Assembly (NCBI GenBank): GCA_051294375.1
Contig: CM119263.1
Span: forward strand, 1,815,664-1,879,663
Direction of reading: 5' to 3'
DNA: 64,000 nucleotides
Source of the DNA: Paraspadella gotoi
Taxonomy: Eukaryota; Animalia; Chaetognatha
The translations under genes and the position numbers were made by a program. The notes beneath the pieces are model-generated. The model was not told the origin of the DNA. It ran no database searches and saw only the letters and a list, made by a program, of their open reading frames with translations. Positions 60,124 to 64,000 of the stretch are shown in pieces; the stretch's first letter is position 1, and each line of letters starts with the position of its first letter.

Positions 60124-60217
60124 TGCGACATGAGGAGTAAACAAAATTTCAAATGAAATGAGACGATTTCGCCAATTTTATTTTCTTAACCTAAAGTTAA
60201 TATTGGGGGGAGTGGAC

Positions 60218-60450
60218 TTTTCATACAATTGAAACATTCTTTGAAATATTATACCACTTCATTGATAGGGAAGCCAGGTACTCTGGGAGTGAATAGACGA
60301 GACTGTGAGAGAGTTTTGATTGAAAGCTTGCAGGGACCTGTTATGTCATTATCTTGTAAGAGTGATGGAGGCCTTAAACACCAAAGTCAGGAGCAAGATA
60401 GCTTTTTTAATTAATGAATGGATAATTTTTATATTGGTTGTACCAAATTC
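60218..60450. repeat. Dispersed repeat, copy 2 of 2006-2250
   Basis: Direct similarity. Confidence 0.85.
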
Positions 60451-61239
60451 GTAGTACTAAACTATGAGAGTGTCTACAGCGTCCTGCCTCTTTTCTGTGG
60501 GATGGTTTTCTCAACCTGTCGTAACTCTTCCAAGGTCAGGAGTCGAGATAACTGGTTTAATGATTTAATAATTTTACTTATTACTAAGGAAAAAGAAAAT
60601 ATTATCAGCGAAATAGATAAAAGGAACTTGAAACCGAATTCAACGCTCATCTAATTTGTTCAGTGAAGTCGCGAAGTCGAGCATAGTCTCTAAAGTGACA
60701 AGACAAAACAACATCAATTAACTGATAACGAAAATCAACTACGCTTACGTTTAAACCGGCGTGAGACAAAACCTTGAACAAGAAATACTTTTAAATCTCA
60801 CAGACTTTTTCTCTCAACTGTCAACTGTCCGACTGTTCCCGAGTTCCCCCTTTCCCTCTCCCCCTTTCCCTCTCCCCCTTTCTCTCTCCCCCTTTCCCTC
60901 TCCCCCTTTCCCTCTCCCCCTTTCCCTCTCCCCTCTCCCCTCGCCCGTTCAACCCCCACCGATCCGGACGCCCGTAAAGAGCGCTATCTCCCGGGGATCT
61001 ATGACCCCACCCCGTCATCTCTCCACCGAGGGTCGCGAGTTCGAATCCCGACATCGGCGCCTCTTTATTCATCGTTTCCCGCGGAGACTAAACGCGGTTC
61101 CACGTCGTCGTCGACGTCATCGTCATCGATTTGACGACCATCATCCTCTCTCCTTGTGGGAGGATGAGAGTCCACGTCAGAAGAGAGTGGAGAGAGCTTG
61201 TGGCACGAGGGTGACACGAGGGTGGCACGAGGGTGGCAA

Positions 61240-61535
61240 ATGGGAAAGCAGAAGGGAAAGCAGACGGGAATCAGAAAATAAAGCGGAAGGGAAAGCAGAA
61301 GTGAAAGCCGAAGGGAAAGCAGAAGGGAAAGCAGAAGAGAAATCAGAAAAGAAAGCAGAAGGGAAAGCAGAAGTGAAAGCAAAATGGAAACCAGAAGGGA
61401 AAGCAGAAGGGACTGCAGAAGGGACTGAAGAAGGGACAGAGAAGAAAGGAAAGCAGAAGGGAAAGCAGAAGGGAAAGCAGAAGCAAAAGACGAGAAGGGA
61501 AAGCAGAAGGGAAAGCAGAAGGGAAAGCAGAAGGC
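61240..61535. repeat. 12-bp minisatellite (gaagggaaagca)
   Basis: Read directly from the sequence. Confidence 0.9.
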
Positions 61536-61674
61536 GGGGGCGAAAGACCGAAAGTCGTTTAACCCCGTTTCGTTTTTTTTTGACGACGATGACGACGACG
61601 ATAACGACGACGACGCAGTTTTCCTCTCGCTCGAGTCTATGGGATGAATAAATGCTGAAAATACCCATTGTCAT

Positions 61675-61705
<31 letters not shown>

Positions 61706-61805
61706 ATCATCATCGTCTCTTTTACAATATCTCGTCGCGGGAAAATTGAAAACTATTTTCAGATTCAGATTTTTATCTGTCAAACGCAGAATCTGTGCTT
61801 TCTTA

Positions 61806-61922
61806 CATAAGAGTAAGAGTGATGGAGGCCTTAAACCACCAAAGTCTGTCCAAAGTCAGGGGCAAGATAGCTTGTATATTAAATGAATGGATAATTTTTA
61901 TATTGGTAGTACCAATTTCATA
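61806..61922. repeat. Dispersed repeat, truncated copy 3 of 2006-2250
   Basis: Direct similarity. Confidence 0.8.
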
Positions 61923-63388
61923 AATAAAGTTTAGGATATTACTAAAAAATAAGTAAGAGCTGCTGTTAAATGATAATTTCAATCTTGGCAATTTGTTTAA
62001 AGATCTAAATTATTCTTTATATTTTCTTTTGAATGACTCTTTATGTTTATCTTCTACATCTTCACATGTTATTTCGCTTTCTTTCCTTTTCACCATTTCC
62101 CTTTTTCCAATTTCTGTCTGTCTGTCTGTATGAATATCTGTCTTTATGTCTGTCTGTCTGTCTGTCTGTTCTCTCCGTTACGTGTTATCAAAAAGAATTC
62201 GAAAAAAACAACATAAAATAAGCAAAGCGAAGATAAAAGTGTTTTTGTTATTCTTTCCTTCATTACGTCCAATTAGGTAGTAAATATATATTATATATTA
62301 TTCAAATTTTTAAGTTTATTTCCTAGTCTTTCTGATGTTTGTTCCTCGCTTTCTAGTTCATACTCTTTGTCTCGACTTCCTTTGAAAAAAAATAATAGGA
62401 ATCCAAGCGAAGTGAAAGAGGAGAAAAGAAAGAAGATAAAAAACAAAAGGAAAAAAAAAGGAAAAAAAAAGAAAAGAGAAAAGAAGAAAATAAAAGGAGA
62501 GAAGATGAAAGGAGAAGAAAAGGAGAAAAAAGAATCAGAGAAAGAAAACTCGGTTTTATTACGTGACCACACGGGAGGGAGATGGAGAGAGAGAGAGAGA
62601 GAGAGAGAGANNNNNNNNNNNNNNNNNNNNNNNNNNNNNNNNNNNNNNNNNNNNNNNNNNNNNNNNNNNNNNNNNNNNNNNNNNNNNNNNNNNNNNNNNN
62701 NNNNNNNNNNNNNNNNNNNNNNNNNNNNNNNNNNNNNNNNNNNNNNNNNNNNNNNNNNNNNNNNNNNNNNNNNNNNNNNNNNNNNNNNNNNNNNNNNNNN
62801 NNNNNNNNNNNNNNNNNNNNNNCTCTCTCTCTCTATCTCTTTCTCTCTCTCTCTATCTATCTCTCTGGCGTCACCATTTCTTTCCTTACTCTTTATTTTG
62901 TAATTAGTTGCAAAAATCGAAAGCAGAAAAGATTTACTGATTTAATGTTCTCTTGGCGATGGACCGCAAGGAAAGGCAATCGATGACTAAAGATGACGAT
63001 AGATGGCTCTGAAATCCTGACCACTTTCCACCAACTTTGATTCGAACGATAAGTCGACAACATCCTTCTTTCCTCTTTCATAGTGATTTTTTGAATTAGT
63101 TGACACAATATTGAAATTATCCATTGATTTCGAACACTGTAAGTTACTTTAAGGCCTCTATAGTAAGAGAGACAAAATAGTAACATTGCAGGACCTCCCT
63201 TTCCTCTTCTTTAAATTTTCTTCCGTTTCATCCTTCTCCATTTCCTTTCCTCCCTCTCCCTTTCCTCCCTCTCCACGTTTTCCCAATTTTTTTCTCCCTT
63301 CTCTCCCTTTCCTCCTTTTCCTCCTTTTTTCTTTCCCCCCTTCCCCCNNNNNNNNNNNNNNNNNNNNNNNNNAAAGAGAGAGAATTAA

Positions 63389-64000
63389 ACCAAGACTTTT
63401 CAACAATCTCTATCATCTACGGCTTCATAAATAGAAGTATGTAAAACAGATTTATAAAGCTATCATTTTATCTCAATTTCTTTCATCCCGACTCTTTCAT
63501 AACAATTAAAAGAAGAATTTAATTAACAAGAATTTCACATTACCTTAAGCTTTAAATACAATTTCTATTCGTTTAGCGATCGTCATTGGGCCCCGCTCCA
63601 ATCGCCGCCCCGATAATTAGACTCACATTAGCTCATTCTTCGCCCAAGATTCGACCATTTGGGTTTTAAATCAATCCCTTAATCTGACCCGGGTCGGGTC
63701 GACTAGCTTTCTTCTCCGCCATCCTCTCAGTTCACCCTCCATTACCATAAATGTCTACATTCAATTCGGGCCGACATTATTTCCGCTATTAGTAACAAGT
63801 AGTTGACGAGAATTTTTCATTCTCCGGGCCTTCATCTCTCGTCGTCATCTCCACCGCGACCCTCATTGTCAACCTCATTTTTATTTTGTTTATAAGTAAT
63901 GCTATTCAATTTGTTAAATCGTTATTTTGACGCTTATAGCATTCTGATTGTTCACAAGTTTTAAAACGCGTTGGTTCGCCATGTGGTACTTGATCAGTCT
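63389..64000. repeat. Error-rich duplicate of about 56521-57098, continuing past the window end
   Basis: Colinear similarity after an N gap. Confidence 0.85.

Noticed and set aside
60761-61651. 296-aa ORF with KAEG repeats
   Set aside because: It is composed of 14-bp and 12-bp minisatellites and a tRNA-like remnant, with a non-ATG start and no recognisable domain.

Overview
This is eukaryotic, almost certainly animal, genomic DNA: spliceosomal GT-AG introns, a TMIE-like gene, and dense (GA)n, (GAC)n and (AAT)n microsatellites. It looks like a noisy long-read draft with N gaps, indel errors and large adjacent near-identical copies (about 6.6-11.6 kb, 13.5-27.2 kb, 32.4-55.3 kb, and 56.5-57.1 kb vs 63.4-64.0 kb) that are best explained as uncollapsed haplotypes. 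Manual splicing gives five recognisable genes: a spinster (SPNS)-like MFS transporter (+), a tail-anchored single-PDZ protein resembling SYNJ2BP/OMP25 (-), a TMIE-like gene with an RFX X-box upstream (-, missed by the ORF track), a TIS11/ZFP36-like CCCH zinc-finger gene (-), and an IRE1/RNase L-like pseudokinase (-). The most striking element is a 655-bp non-coding LTR retroelement at 5288-5942. It has TG...CA LTRs, a target-site duplication, a tRNA-Trp-like primer-binding site, a polypurine tract, and a 72-nt tRNA-Gly-like Pol III cassette inside each LTR; diverged relatives lie at about 544-752 and 850-990. Two TIR elements are present in only one of two duplicate copies. All family assignments come from motif recognition by eye; no searches were run.
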